Shown in pieces: positions 30,894 through 41,436 of a DNA stretch of 64,000 nt; within the stretch, counting starts at the first letter, position 1; each line of letters begins with the position of its first letter. This DNA comes from Methylocystis sp. Lineage in GTDB: Bacteria; Pseudomonadota; Alphaproteobacteria; Rhizobiales; Beijerinckiaceae. The translations under genes and the position numbers were made by a program. The stretch lies in assembly GCF_051062815.1 (NCBI RefSeq), contig NZ_JBPFDU010000074.1, positions 13,828 to 77,827 of the forward strand, read 5' to 3'. A model generated the notes under the pieces. The model made no database searches. It was not told the DNA's origin and was given only the letters and a program-made list of their open reading frames with translations.

Positions 30894-33122
30894 TCACTCC
30901 GCGGCGTGCGGGGTTCTCTGCGCAGCGGCCGCCAGCGCGGCGCGGCGCGGCAGACGCGCGATCATGCCGATGAGCGCGCGGTCGGAGAGCGCCACCAGCC
31001 GCTCGCCGCGGTTCAGCCAATTGACCGCGTCCTCGATCGTCTCGGCGTCGGCGATTTTCGTTTCGGCCAAGGCGCGGTCCGCGGTGATCTGACCGCGCTG
31101 CCTCGGGCGTCGTGTCGGCAGCCAGCTTTCGTGCAGCGCGCGCAACTCCGGATCGGCGTGGATGGCCAACAGACCATTGACGTCATCTTCCCCGGCGCGC
31201 GCCAGCGCTTTCGAGAGCGCCTTGCCGCGCTTGGCGATCGGCGGCGTCGTGGTTTCTTCGGGTGTCGTCAGCACGCCGGCGCGACGAAACATCAGGCCCA
31301 GCCAACGTTGACTCGTCGCCCAGGAAATCAGGATCGCAAGCACGAGGCCGGCGATCGTCGGCGACATCCAGGCGACGAGCGAGGGCGAAATCATGAAGCC
31401 TGCGATGAGGCTTAAGAGGCCCAGCGCCACGTGCCACATGTGGCGGCGAACGATATCGCCAAACGGCACCGAGCCGTCGTCGCGTCGCTGGGGATCCCAA
31501 CCGGTATCGAAGCCGAAAACGATGTGCAGCACATGGCCGGTCTGAATCAGCATCATGATCGGCGCCAGCAGGGCGGACAGCACGACTTCGAAAAGGGTCG
31601 AGATCAGCAGCATGATCACGCCGCCGGAGCCTTTGCGCGTTTCCGGCTCATAAATGGCGACGATCAGGCCCAACATCTTGGGGGCGAGCAGAATGCCCAT
31701 CGTCAGTCCGAAGAGTTCGAGCGACCGTTCGGCGTCGAAGCGCGGGAAGGTCGGAAAGAGCGCAAATTCGCCGGTAAAATATTCGGGTCGGAAATAGCTC
31801 GCCTGGAAGACGATGACGATGCCGATGAGAAGTTGCAGCAGCCAGAGCGGCGATGTCAGATAGCCGAAAATGCCCGTGAGAAAATGCTGCCGCGACGCCC
31901 AGTGAAAGCCTTTGCCGAGCAGTACCCGCGAATGCTGCAAGTTGCCCTGACACCAGCGGCGGTCGCGAATCGACAGGTCGATCAGGGAAGGCGGGCTTTC
32001 CTCATAGGAACCGCCGAGCGTCGGCGTCATGTAGACCGCGTATCCGGCGCGGCGGATAAGCGCGGCTTCGACGAAGTCATGGCTCAGGATATGGCCGCCC
32101 CAAGGCGGCCGGCCGTGCAAGTCGGGCAGGCCGCAGTATCGGGCGAAGGCCTCCGTGCGGATGATCGCGTTATGCCCCCAATAATTGCCGTCGCGGCCCA
32201 TCCAGGCCGTCAGGCCCATCGCGATGACGGGGCCATAGATGCGCGCGGCGAATTGCTGGACCCGGGCGAAGAGCGTGTTCCGATTGATGATCAGCGGAAG
32301 GGTCTGGATGATGCCGCTGTCGGGGTCGGCCTCCATTGCGGCGGCGAGCTGCACGATGGTCGGCCCGCTCATCAGGCTGTCGGCGTCGAGCACCACCATG
32401 TGCTGATAGGCGCCACCCCAGCGCGAGACGAAATCTTCAATATTGCCCGCCTTGCGTCCGGTGTTCTTTTCACGCCGGCGGTAGAAGATTCGCGCCTGTG
32501 GGCCCAGCCGGCGGCGAATGCCGATGAAGGCGCGCTCTTCGGCGACCCAGATGTCGGGATTGGTGGTGTCGGAGAGGAAGAACCAATCGAAATGCGCGCC
32601 AAGGCCGGTCGCTTGCACGTCTTCGTAGATCGTCTGCAGGGCGGCGAACACTCGGCTCGGCGCCTCATTGTAGATCGGCATCACGACGGCGGTGGTTTCG
32701 GCGAGCGCCGTCGGCAGAGCCGGGCGCCGGCGCCGGCGCATCAGCAGGGCGAAGCCAACGACGCAGCTCGTGAAGGACAGCGCGATCCAGGAGAAGTTCA
32801 GCACGAACAACCCCAGCAGCGCCCACTTCAATGTCGTCACCCCGCCGACGTCGACGACCTTATACATCTCGTGAGCGCCATAGGCGGTCAGCGCCAAGCC
32901 GCCGCCAAAGGTGACAATCCTCGCAAGCCATGGCGTGCGCCACAGCCAAGGCGCCTCGGTTTTGCGCCGCTGCCGCTTGTCGAATTTGAAAAGGCTTTGC
33001 GCCGGCATCGACAGCCGGCTCTCGATCGGGGTCGGCGGGGCGGCGGCGGGATCGGAGCTGGCGGTCCGCCATGCCATTGCCCGCGGCGGATCGTCTGAAG
33101 GAGCGAGGGTCACGACGTCCAT
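30894..33122 (-). CDS. opgH: Glucans biosynthesis glucosyltransferase OpgH/MdoH
   Basis: MPIYNE, KAGNI, VLDADS, NYWGHNAII, LSHDFVEA, RDRRWCQGN; start trimmed to ATG 33122. Confidence 0.94.
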   Translation of the reverse strand: MDVVTLAPSDDPPRAMAWRTASSDPAAAPPTPIESRLSMPAQSLFKFDKRQRRKTEAPWLWRTPWLARIVTFGGGLALTAYGAHEMYKVVDVGGVTTLKWALLGLFVLNFSWIALSFTSCVVGFALLMRRRRRPALPTALAETTAVVMPIYNEAPSRVFAALQTIYEDVQATGLGAHFDWFFLSDTTNPDIWVAEERAFIGIRRRLGPQARIFYRRREKNTGRKAGNIEDFVSRWGGAYQHMVVLDADSLMSGPTIVQLAAAMEADPDSGIIQTLPLIINRNTLFARVQQFAARIYGPVIAMGLTAWMGRDGNYWGHNAIIRTEAFARYCGLPDLHGRPPWGGHILSHDFVEAALIRRAGYAVYMTPTLGGSYEESPPSLIDLSIRDRRWCQGNLQHSRVLLGKGFHWASRQHFLTGIFGYLTSPLWLLQLLIGIVIVFQASYFRPEYFTGEFALFPTFPRFDAERSLELFGLTMGILLAPKMLGLIVAIYEPETRKGSGGVIMLLISTLFEVVLSALLAPIMMLIQTGHVLHIVFGFDTGWDPQRRDDGSVPFGDIVRRHMWHVALGLLSLIAGFMISPSLVAWMSPTIAGLVLAILISWATSQRWLGLMFRRAGVLTTPEETTTPPIAKRGKALSKALARAGEDDVNGLLAIHADPELRALHESWLPTRRPRQRGQITADRALAETKIADAETIEDAVNWLNRGERLVALSDRALIGMIARLPRRAALAAAAQRTPHAAE

Positions 33123-34654
33123 CGATAAAGCCAGGTCTCGCTGATCGGTCGCTCGTCGGACTGCAAAACGAGCCGAAGCTCGCAGTAGTTCTCGCCGGCA
33201 GGGTCTACGTCGAAGACGACGCGGCAGGACTTTGCCGACGGATTTAAATAGGTGCGAATATTCGTCGCCAATCCCGGAGAGGTCGTCAACGCTGCTTTCA
33301 GCTGCGTTGTGCGTTGAGGGTCCGCCAACACGTCGCCGGAAAACACGACAATAAAACGGCGGAGCTTGCCGTCCGGCGCACGGCCCGAGCGCGCACTCAT
33401 GGCGATCGCCAGCGGCGGCCGCGTCGGCGGCTCCCAGCACCAGAACTGCCGATAGGCGAAGGACGTCTCCTTGCCGGCGACGAGAGCGGTTTTGGGCCGC
33501 CAATAGGCGACGATATTGGCGTTGATTTCGGACTCCGAGGGAATTTCGACGAGCTGCAGGCCGCCTTCACCCCACTCGCCGAGCGGTTCAATCCATAGCG
33601 ACGGCCGGCGCTCCCAGTGCTGCTGGTCGTCCTCATAGTCGTCGATGTCGCGCTGTCGGATCAGCGAACCAAAGCCCTGCGGACTGTCGTCGACAAAGGA
33701 GGAGAATTGCAGGATCTCACGGTTCGACACGGGTCGCCAGAGCCATTCGCCCTGGCCGCTGAGCATCTGAATGCCGTTGATGTCGGCGACCATCGGCCGC
33801 CAATCGTCGAGCCTGGGGCGGTCGAGCGGCGTAAAGAGCGAAGCCCCGGCAAAGCCGGCGATTCCCAAATGATCGACCGCCGTGCGCGGATAGAGCGTCA
33901 ACTCCGTGTCGATGAGCGTCGCTTCGCCGGGCCGCAGCGTGAAGCGATAGACGCCGGCGACGCTGGGCGAATCGAGCAGAGCATGGATGACGAGCGCGTT
34001 GTCGCCGAGCGCGGGCTTCTCGATCCAGAAACTGCGGAAGGCGGGGAATTCCTCGCCGCGCGGATCGGCTGTTCGGATGGAGAGGCCGCGCGCCGTGACG
34101 CCCAGATTCTGCCCGCGCGCGACGGCCCGATAGAAACTCGCCCCCTGGAATATGGCGAGTTCCGCTTCGGCGCCGCCATTTTGGGCGTGAAGCACCCGAA
34201 AGCCCGAAAAGCTGAGGTCTGGAAGCGTCTCCGGGACATTGAGCGCGCCATAGTCGAAGCGGCTCGCCTCATAAGGCAGTCGCGCGGCGGCGGCGTTCTC
34301 CACGACGTAGATATCCACAGCAGCCGCAAAAATATGGCCGCGGTGAAGCGGCTCGATGCTGAAACCCGTGTTGTCGTAACGCCAAATCGCCGCGTCGGGC
34401 CTCGTCTTGATCCCGACGAATTGTTCGTAGGAGAGATTAGCGAAGGGTTCGGGCAGGTCGGTTCGCGGCGGCGTATATGGCTTTGCGGCCAGCGCGCGGG
34501 CAAGTTCGACCACCATGTCGCGCGAGAATGGCGCAGACTTTTGAACAGTCGGGGGAGCAGCCTGACCGGCGGTCCCCGCGCTTGCCGGCGGCGGAACGAT
34601 CCCCGCCGCGATTACGCCCAAGCCCGCTTTCAAAACATCTCGACGTTCAAACAT
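33110..34654 (-). CDS. opgG: Glucans biosynthesis protein OpgG/OpgD (Tat-type signal)
   Basis: FQGASFYRA, ARGLSI, EEFPAF, WRPVSN, ETWLYRW; ERRDVLK twin-arginine. Confidence 0.92.
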   Translation of the reverse strand: MFERRDVLKAGLGVIAAGIVPPPASAGTAGQAAPPTVQKSAPFSRDMVVELARALAAKPYTPPRTDLPEPFANLSYEQFVGIKTRPDAAIWRYDNTGFSIEPLHRGHIFAAAVDIYVVENAAAARLPYEASRFDYGALNVPETLPDLSFSGFRVLHAQNGGAEAELAIFQGASFYRAVARGQNLGVTARGLSIRTADPRGEEFPAFRSFWIEKPALGDNALVIHALLDSPSVAGVYRFTLRPGEATLIDTELTLYPRTAVDHLGIAGFAGASLFTPLDRPRLDDWRPMVADINGIQMLSGQGEWLWRPVSNREILQFSSFVDDSPQGFGSLIRQRDIDDYEDDQQHWERRPSLWIEPLGEWGEGGLQLVEIPSESEINANIVAYWRPKTALVAGKETSFAYRQFWCWEPPTRPPLAIAMSARSGRAPDGKLRRFIVVFSGDVLADPQRTTQLKAALTTSPGLATNIRTYLNPSAKSCRVVFDVDPAGENYCELRLVLQSDERPISETWLYRWTS

Positions 34655-34900
34655 GAGCTACCGAAGGAGGCCGATCCGCAGTCCATGAACGGGTGATTGA
34701 GCCTTTTTGCGGCGCTCGGCAGGCGACAGCCCCTCTATACAAGAAAGCTAAGGAGACAAAATGGTTTTCTTGGCGGTTTTTGAGGGCTGCGCGCGAAAGC
34801 CGCGGCGGCTTGCGCTCCGCCGCTCGAATCTGCCAGAACCTCGGCCTGAGCGGCGTCGCGACGCCGGCTCCTTACGCCAACGTCTAGCCTTGGGCGCCAG

Positions 34901-36262
34901 ATGCCGAAATCCAGAAGCGCGCTCGCGATCGTCCTCGCCGCCGGCGAAGGCACGCGGATGAAATCCGACCGGCCGAAGGCGCTGCACGAGGTCGCCGGCC
35001 GCTCCATGCTCGCCAATGTGCTGTCGAGCGCCGCGACGGCGGGCGTCGGCCGCGTCGCCGTGATCGTCGGCCCGGGACGCGATGACGTCGGCGCTGAAGC
35101 GCGCCGCTCGATCGCTGACGCAGAGATCTTTGTGCAAAGCGAAAGGCTCGGCACGGCGCACGCCGTTCTCGCCGCGCGCGCCGCCATCGCGGAAGGATGC
35201 GACGACCTGCTGGTGCTTTTCGCCGACACGCCGCTGGTGACGGCGCCGACGATCGGCGCCTTGCGCGCCGCCCTTGCCGGGGGTGCCGCCGTCGCCGTTC
35301 TTGGCTTTTGGGCTGCGAACCCCTTCGGCTACGGACGGCTGCTGCGCGACGACTCGGGACGTCTCGTCGCCATCCGCGAGGAAAAAGACGCCACCGATGA
35401 AGAACGCGCGGTCACGCTTTGCAACGGCGGTCTGATGGCGATCGACGGCGGAGAGGCGGTGCGCCTGCTCGAAAAGATCGACAACAAAAACGCCAAGGGC
35501 GAGTTCTATCTTACCGACGTGGTCGAGTTCGCGCGCGCCGACGGACGCGAAACGAGAGTCGTCATCGCCGACGAAACCGAAGTTCTCGGCGTCAACGACC
35601 GTATCCAGCTCGCGCAGGCTGAGGCCCTCGCGCAGACGCGTCTTCGCCGCGCCGCAATGGCCGCGGGCGCGACGATGACCGCGCCGGAGACGGTTTTTCT
35701 CTCCGCCGACACCGTGATCGGCCGCGACGTGACGATCGAGCCGCATGTCGTCATCGGACCGGGCGTTGAAATCGCCGACGGCGCGGTGATCCACGCCTTC
35801 TCGCATCTTGAAGGCGCGCGCGTCGGCGAACGCGCGAGCGTTGGTCCCTTCGCGCGACTGCGTCCGGGCGCGGCGCTCGCCGAGAAAGCCAAGGTCGGGA
35901 ATTTCGTCGAGATCAAGAACGCCAATGTCGCGCCAGGCGCCAAGGTCAATCACCTGTCCTACATCGGCGACGCCGACATCGGCGCCAACGCCAATATCGG
36001 CGCAGGAACCATTACCTGCAATTACGACGGCTTCCTCAAATATCGCACGACGATCAGCGAAAACGCCTTTATCGGCTCAAACTCGTCGCTTGTCGCGCCG
36101 GTGACGATCGGGCAGGGCGCCTATGTCGGGTCCGGCTCCGTCATCACCAAGGATGTTGCGCCAGACGCGCTCGCGGTGGCGCGCGGCCGGCAGATGGAAA
36201 AGGCGGGCTGGGCGGTCTCGTTTCGTATGGCGCAGGCGGCGAAAAAAGCGAAGGTGGAATAG
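34901..36262 (+). CDS. glmU: Bifunctional UDP-GlcNAc pyrophosphorylase / glucosamine-1-P acetyltransferase
   Basis: [25 protein letters not shown], hexapeptide repeats, ITCNYDG. Confidence 0.97.
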   Translation: MPKSRSALAIVLAAGEGTRMKSDRPKALHEVAGRSMLANVLSSAATAGVGRVAVIVGPGRDDVGAEARRSIADAEIFVQSERLGTAHAVLAARAAIAEGCDDLLVLFADTPLVTAPTIGALRAALAGGAAVAVLGFWAANPFGYGRLLRDDSGRLVAIREEKDATDEERAVTLCNGGLMAIDGGEAVRLLEKIDNKNAKGEFYLTDVVEFARADGRETRVVIADETEVLGVNDRIQLAQAEALAQTRLRRAAMAAGATMTAPETVFLSADTVIGRDVTIEPHVVIGPGVEIADGAVIHAFSHLEGARVGERASVGPFARLRPGAALAEKAKVGNFVEIKNANVAPGAKVNHLSYIGDADIGANANIGAGTITCNYDGFLKYRTTISENAFIGSNSSLVAPVTIGQGAYVGSGSVITKDVAPDALAVARGRQMEKAGWAVSFRMAQAAKKAKVE

Positions 36263-36300
36263 GCCGGACTTTCTTTCACGCTCATGCTAAATTGCGCGCG

Positions 36301-36573
36301 ATGATTGCGCTTTCCCGTAAGACCGAGGTCCTGGCTGAGCGCCTCGCGGCCGCCCGGCGGGTCTCGGTCGATGAGGCCGTCCGTCAGGCGCTGGAAGCGT
36401 CCGCGCGGGCGGTGGGCGTGTCGCCGGCGCAGCGATCCGCGCGCGCGCCGAGCGACGCCGAAATCGCCGCGAAAAAAGCGCGCATCGACCAACTCGTCGC
36501 GGAAATTGCCGCCTTGCCGATCCTCGATCCGCGTTCTCCGCAGGAAATCATGGACGACATCAACGAGCTATGA
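36301..36573 (+). CDS. vapB: VapB-type antitoxin
   Basis: RHH-like N-terminus (AERLAAARRVSVDEAVRQAL); ATGA overlap with the PIN toxin gene. Confidence 0.75.
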   Translation: MIALSRKTEVLAERLAAARRVSVDEAVRQALEASARAVGVSPAQRSARAPSDAEIAAKKARIDQLVAEIAALPILDPRSPQEIMDDINEL

Positions 36574-36962
36574 TCGTCGTCGATAGCTCGGCATTGATCG
36601 CCATCGTCCTGAACGAGCCGGAAAGGGAGGCGTTCGAGGCCATCGTCATCTTCGAGCGGCGTGATGTCGGCCGTCAATGTGCATGGTCCGCATGCGTTTT
36701 GCGCGCGCGCCTCGGTGAGGACGGCGTTGCGCTCATGTGGCGGCTTATGGCGGAATTCGAGATTGAGATCGCGCCCTTCGACGCGGCGCAGGCGCGCGCG
36801 GCGATCGCCGCCTATGGGCGCTACGGCAAAGGCGTCGATCCCAAGGCGCGCCTCAATCTCGCCGATTGCGCCTTCTATGCGCTCGCCAAGACCCTCGATT
36901 GGCCGCTGCTTTTCAAAGGCGCCGACTTTTCGGCGACCAACGTGCGCGCCTGTCGTTTATGA
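36570..36962 (+). CDS. vapC: VapC PIN-domain toxin, locally frame-scrambled at about 36660-36687
   Basis: VVDSSALIAI...LNLADC..YALAK...LLFKGADF; the expected MSAVNVH(E) segment lies in another frame. Confidence 0.8.
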   Translation: MIVVDSSALIAIVLNEPEREAFEAIVIFERRDVGRQCAWSACVLRARLGEDGVALMWRLMAEFEIEIAPFDAAQARAAIAAYGRYGKGVDPKARLNLADCAFYALAKTLDWPLLFKGADFSATNVRACRL

Positions 36963-37073
36963 AGCTTGCGGTGAGGCCGAGCGAGCGGGAGCCTCCCTCA
37001 ACCCTGATTCGCGTCTTTACTCGCGCCCATTCGCTTTGGCGGCGCTCTTGCTATTATGCTTTTGGAGGTTGTC

Positions 37074-38903
37074 ATGTGCGGCATTGTGGGAATCATCGGA
37101 ACGGCTCCGGTCGCCGGGAAAATCGTCGAGTCGCTCAAGCGTCTCGAATATCGGGGCTATGATTCCGCCGGGATCGCCACTCTGGAGAACGGGCGGCTCA
37201 CCCGTGTGCGGGCGAGCGGAAAGCTCAAGAATCTCGAAGAAAAGCTCGCGACCGCGCCGCTCTCCGGCGCCATCGGCATCGGCCACACGCGCTGGGCGAC
37301 ACATGGCCGCCCCACCGAGAACAACGCCCATCCGCACGCCAATGACCGCGTCGCGGTGGTTCATAATGGCATCATCGAAAATTTCCGCGAGCTGCGCGCC
37401 GAACTGACGGCGAAGGGCCATGTCTTTTCGAGCGAGACCGACTCCGAGGCCGTCGCCCATCTTGTCGCCGACGCGCTGCGCAATGGCGCGACGCCGGAAA
37501 AAGCCGTCGCTGCGGCGTTGAAGCGGCTCAAGGGCGCCTTTGCCCTCGCCTTTCTTTTTGAGGGCGAAAACGATCTGCTGATCGGCGCGCGGCGCGGTTC
37601 GCCGCTTGCCGTGGGTCGGAGCGACGAGGGCGTCTATCTCGGCTCCGACGCCTTGGCGCTCGCGCCATTCGCGACCTCCATCGCCTATCTCGAGGAGGGC
37701 GACTGGGTGACGCTGACGCGCGACGGCGCGCGCTTCCATGACGCCAGCGACGCTTTGGTCGAGCGGCGCTTTCAGCCGCTGACGGCCGGATCCTTCCTGG
37801 TCGACAAGGGCAACTATCGCCATTTCATGGCCAAGGAGATCCACGAGCAGCCGGAGGTCGTCGGCCGCACGCTCGCGCATTATCTCGATCTCGCCGAGGG
37901 CGTCGTGCGCCTGCCGTTCGAACTCACATTCGATCCGCGGACGCTCTCGCGCGTGACCATTTCGGCCTGCGGCACGGCCTATTACGCCGGTCTCGTGGCG
38001 CGCTACTGGCTTGAGCGCTTTGCCCGCCTTTCGGTCGAAATCGATATCGCGTCGGAATTTCGCTACCGCGAAGCGCCGCTGCCCGAGAATGGATTGACGA
38101 TTCTGGTCTCGCAGTCCGGCGAAACCGCCGATACGCTCGCCGCGCTGCGCTACGCCCGCGAGCAGGGCCAGCACATTCTCTCGATCGTCAATGTCGAAAC
38201 TTCGACGATCGCGCGCGAGAGCGACACGGTGGCGCAGACATTGGCGGGACCCGAGATCGGGGTCGCCTCGACCAAGGCCTTCACCTGTCAGCTCGCGGTT
38301 TTCGCTTGTCTAGCATTGGCGCTGGGCCGCGCGCGCGGCGTGCTGAGCAAGGAGCGCGAACGCGAACTGGTCGCCGAGCTCGTCGCGGCGCCGGGGCAGA
38401 TGGCGCAGGCGCTCGCGCGCGAGGAGCAGATCGAACCCGTGGCGCGCGACGTGGCGCGGGCCTCAAGCGTGCTCTATCTCGGTCGTGGACCGGCCTTTCC
38501 TCTGGCGCTGGAAGGCGCGCTGAAGCTCAAGGAGCTCTCCTATATCCACGCGGAGGGCTATGCGGCGGGAGAACTGAAACATGGGCCGATCGCGCTCATC
38601 GACTTCGCCATGCCGGTGATCGTGCTGGCGCCCCCGGACGCCAGCCTCGAGAAGACCGTATCGAACCTGCAAGAAGTCGCCGCGCGCGGCGGCCATCTGA
38701 TTCTGATCGGCTCGCCACATGCGCGGGACGCCGCGGCCGCCGAGCTCGCCGGTTTCATCGAAATGCCGGAAAGCGTCGCGGGCCCGTTCGCGGTCATCGT
38801 CTACGCCGTTCCGGCGCAGCTCCTCGCCTATCACGTCGCGACCTTCATGGGCAAAGACGTGGATCAGCCGCGCAATCTCGCCAAGAGCGTCACGGTGGAG
38901 TAG
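37074..38903 (+). CDS. glmS: Glutamine--fructose-6-phosphate aminotransferase
   Basis: MCGIVG, EYRGYDSAG, GHTRWATHG, SQSGETADT, ELKHGPIAL, RNLAKSVTVE. Confidence 0.98.
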   Translation: MCGIVGIIGTAPVAGKIVESLKRLEYRGYDSAGIATLENGRLTRVRASGKLKNLEEKLATAPLSGAIGIGHTRWATHGRPTENNAHPHANDRVAVVHNGIIENFRELRAELTAKGHVFSSETDSEAVAHLVADALRNGATPEKAVAAALKRLKGAFALAFLFEGENDLLIGARRGSPLAVGRSDEGVYLGSDALALAPFATSIAYLEEGDWVTLTRDGARFHDASDALVERRFQPLTAGSFLVDKGNYRHFMAKEIHEQPEVVGRTLAHYLDLAEGVVRLPFELTFDPRTLSRVTISACGTAYYAGLVARYWLERFARLSVEIDIASEFRYREAPLPENGLTILVSQSGETADTLAALRYAREQGQHILSIVNVETSTIARESDTVAQTLAGPEIGVASTKAFTCQLAVFACLALALGRARGVLSKERERELVAELVAAPGQMAQALAREEQIEPVARDVARASSVLYLGRGPAFPLALEGALKLKELSYIHAEGYAAGELKHGPIALIDFAMPVIVLAPPDASLEKTVSNLQEVAARGGHLILIGSPHARDAAAAELAGFIEMPESVAGPFAVIVYAVPAQLLAYHVATFMGKDVDQPRNLAKSVTVE

Positions 38904-38908
38904 GGCGC

Positions 38909-40408
38909 TCAGCCCCTCGTGATGATCTCGACGGCGTTCTGCGCCTCGACGAGGGCGCTCTCGACCGCCGGCATGCCCTGACCGTCCGAATGGGCCAGCA
39001 GGACGTTGCCGAAGCGTTTTGGCAAGGCGCGCATCGTGGCGACGATCCCCGGCGCGGCGATGAGGTGATGGTGGCCCCAGCGCGTCAGCCGCACCTCGGC
39101 GAGCCGCGCCTTGCCGAACGCCTCCGGCAGGAAACGTCGCAGCTCTTCGACGATCGGCGCGGCGAAGGCGGCGCGTTCGCCCGCGAGCAGGCGGGCGCGA
39201 CCCGCGCGAGGGTCTCGAAACGGCGCATAGACGGTCAGGACGCTGTGATCCTTGGGCCGCTCGGCGGCCGGCAGGACCGCAGTCGCGCTGATCGCGTCGC
39301 TGAAGCTCTGGGCGCCCAGGGCCCAGCTGTCATAGGGCAGCTCCGCCGGCGGTCCCTCGAAACAGCAGTTGGCGACGAGATAGCTGCCCTGCCGCAACCG
39401 GGTCATTTGCGCCGTTGCGGCGGGATCGACGCCGCGCAGAATGCGGCCCGCGAAAAAGTAGGGCGCGGCGACCACCGCCCAGCGCGCCTCGAGGCAGCGC
39501 GGCGCTTCTGGATGTCGCGCATCGAACCAGCCCACGCGGGCGTAGCCGCCTTCCGCCGGCTCGATCGCGTAAACCGCGGCGCCCGTGACGACGCGTCCCT
39601 CGCCGGCGCGTGATATGCGCGCCGCCAAGGCGCGGGCGATCGCCGCGTTGCCTCCTGGGAAGGCGTAGATCGGCGCGTTGATCTCCGAAAGAAAATTGAC
39701 GCCCGCATAGGCGGATATTTCGGCCGTGGGCGCGCCGAGCGCCGAGAGGCTGTAGGCGTCAAGCAGGCCGAAGAGTTCGGCGTCGATATGCTCGCGCCGC
39801 AAGAATTCGTGCAGGGAGAGCTGGTCCAGCGCAAGCGCCGACTCCGACGCCTCCCCGATCGGAATCTTGGGAAAGTCCGGGCTCTCGCCGAGACGGCGCA
39901 AAAGCGCCTTTAGCCGCTCATAGCCGCCGCGCCATTCCCGCTCCCGGGGATCCCCCGCGCCGGCCGCCCCTGACAGCGCTCTGTCGACCGGTTCGCTGAC
40001 AGGGCGCGGCGCGAGGCCCAGCGTCTCGTAAAGCGCCATGAAACGATGTGATATGTCAACGATATAGGCTGATCCGAGCGCATAATCGACATCGCGCCAA
40101 CGCTCGGATTTGGCGACGCCGCCAGGATCCGACTCGCGCTCAAGGACGAGCACGTCGCGATCCCGTAGCAGCGCCGCGACGGCGAGGCCGGCCAGACCGC
40201 CGCCAATAACGACGACGTCGACGCGCCGCTCGGGGGCCGAAAGCGGAGCGCGCCAAAGCCCGTCGCGGATCGCGTGCATTGGCGCGAAACTGTCGCCCGT
40301 CCATTCGCCCAGCTGATAGGGCGGCTCTGGCGCCGCTTCGGCGCTCGGCAGGATCAACTGAGTCGCCAGAGCGCCCAGTCCGGCGATCGTCGCGCGACGC
40401 GTCACCAT
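38909..40408 (-). CDS. FAD-dependent oxidoreductase (amine oxidase-like) with Tat-like signal
   Basis: MVTRRATIAGLG signal; VVIGGGLAGL...LERESDPGG Rossmann motif; RWGH; start trimmed to ATG 40408. Confidence 0.8.
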   Translation of the reverse strand: MVTRRATIAGLGALATQLILPSAEAAPEPPYQLGEWTGDSFAPMHAIRDGLWRAPLSAPERRVDVVVIGGGLAGLAVAALLRDRDVLVLERESDPGGVAKSERWRDVDYALGSAYIVDISHRFMALYETLGLAPRPVSEPVDRALSGAAGAGDPREREWRGGYERLKALLRRLGESPDFPKIPIGEASESALALDQLSLHEFLRREHIDAELFGLLDAYSLSALGAPTAEISAYAGVNFLSEINAPIYAFPGGNAAIARALAARISRAGEGRVVTGAAVYAIEPAEGGYARVGWFDARHPEAPRCLEARWAVVAAPYFFAGRILRGVDPAATAQMTRLRQGSYLVANCCFEGPPAELPYDSWALGAQSFSDAISATAVLPAAERPKDHSVLTVYAPFRDPRAGRARLLAGERAAFAAPIVEELRRFLPEAFGKARLAEVRLTRWGHHHLIAAPGIVATMRALPKRFGNVLLAHSDGQGMPAVESALVEAQNAVEIITRG

Positions 40409-40611
40409 GGCCGCTTCCCAAGACAATAAACTCGATACTGCATGCCGTTCCACTAAGGGTGAGCGTCGCCATTGACAGGGGGCGGGCTGAACTGGTCTAT
40501 GCGGGCGACGCCGCGCCAGGCGCGATAGCTTCGATCGGCGCACGATCCTGTCCGAGGGACGCCTCGCGCTTTTCGAGACCAAGTTCTGAACCTGAAAGGA
40601 CGCGCCGACAC

Positions 40612-41436
40612 TTGCTCGCCTCGATCCCTCCTGTCTATGTCGCGCCCTTCGAACGGGCCTGGCGCAACCGGGAGCTTATCCGCGCCGTCGTGCGGCGCGA
40701 GTTCATTTCCCGATTTCGCGGCTCGGCGCTTGGACCGCTCTGGGCGGTGCTCTCGCCGCTCATCATGCTGCTCACCTATACCGCGCTGTTCTCGATCACG
40801 GTTCCGCAGCTTTCCGCCGGCATGAGCGTCACCGACTATGCAAGCTCGATTTTCATCGGGCTTATTGTCTTCAATCTGTTTAGCGAACTCGCCTATCGAG
40901 CGCCAATGCTCTTGCACGAGCATGTCAACTTCGTGAAGAAGTCGATTTTCCCCAGCGAAACCATCGCCTGGACTGCGACGATCCGGGCGTTCACCTACGG
41001 TGGAGTGGGCTTCGCCGTCTACATCGTCTTTCGGTTGCTGACAGCAGGAACGATTCCCTTGACGATCGTGCTGACGCCATTCCTGATCGCGCCCTTTTTT
41101 CTCTTTACCATTGGCATAGTGTGGTTTCTGATGGCGCTCGGGGCGTTCACGCGCGACGTCGCCCATATCATGGCCTCCGTCGTGCCGGTGCTCATGTTCG
41201 CGACGCCGATCTTCTATCGCCTGGACCAGATCGCCGCCATGTCCGGATCGGTCGCATTGTGGCTGCGTCTCAACATCGTCGGCGATTACATCGAGATGCT
41301 GCGCGGCCTTGCGCTCGATGGAACAATTCCAAACGTCTTCGGCTATTTCGCGCTTGTCGCGATCTCCTACGCGGTGTTCCTTGGCGGCTATCAGTTTTTC
41401 ATGCGCTACAAATCGGTCATCGTCGATGTCATCTGA
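40612..41436 (+). CDS. ABC-2 polysaccharide export permease (Wzm-like)
   Basis: RFRGSALGPLW, RDVAHI, FATPIFY; TTG start after AAAGGA. Confidence 0.88.
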   Translation: MLASIPPVYVAPFERAWRNRELIRAVVRREFISRFRGSALGPLWAVLSPLIMLLTYTALFSITVPQLSAGMSVTDYASSIFIGLIVFNLFSELAYRAPMLLHEHVNFVKKSIFPSETIAWTATIRAFTYGGVGFAVYIVFRLLTAGTIPLTIVLTPFLIAPFFLFTIGIVWFLMALGAFTRDVAHIMASVVPVLMFATPIFYRLDQIAAMSGSVALWLRLNIVGDYIEMLRGLALDGTIPNVFGYFALVAISYAVFLGGYQFFMRYKSVIVDVI

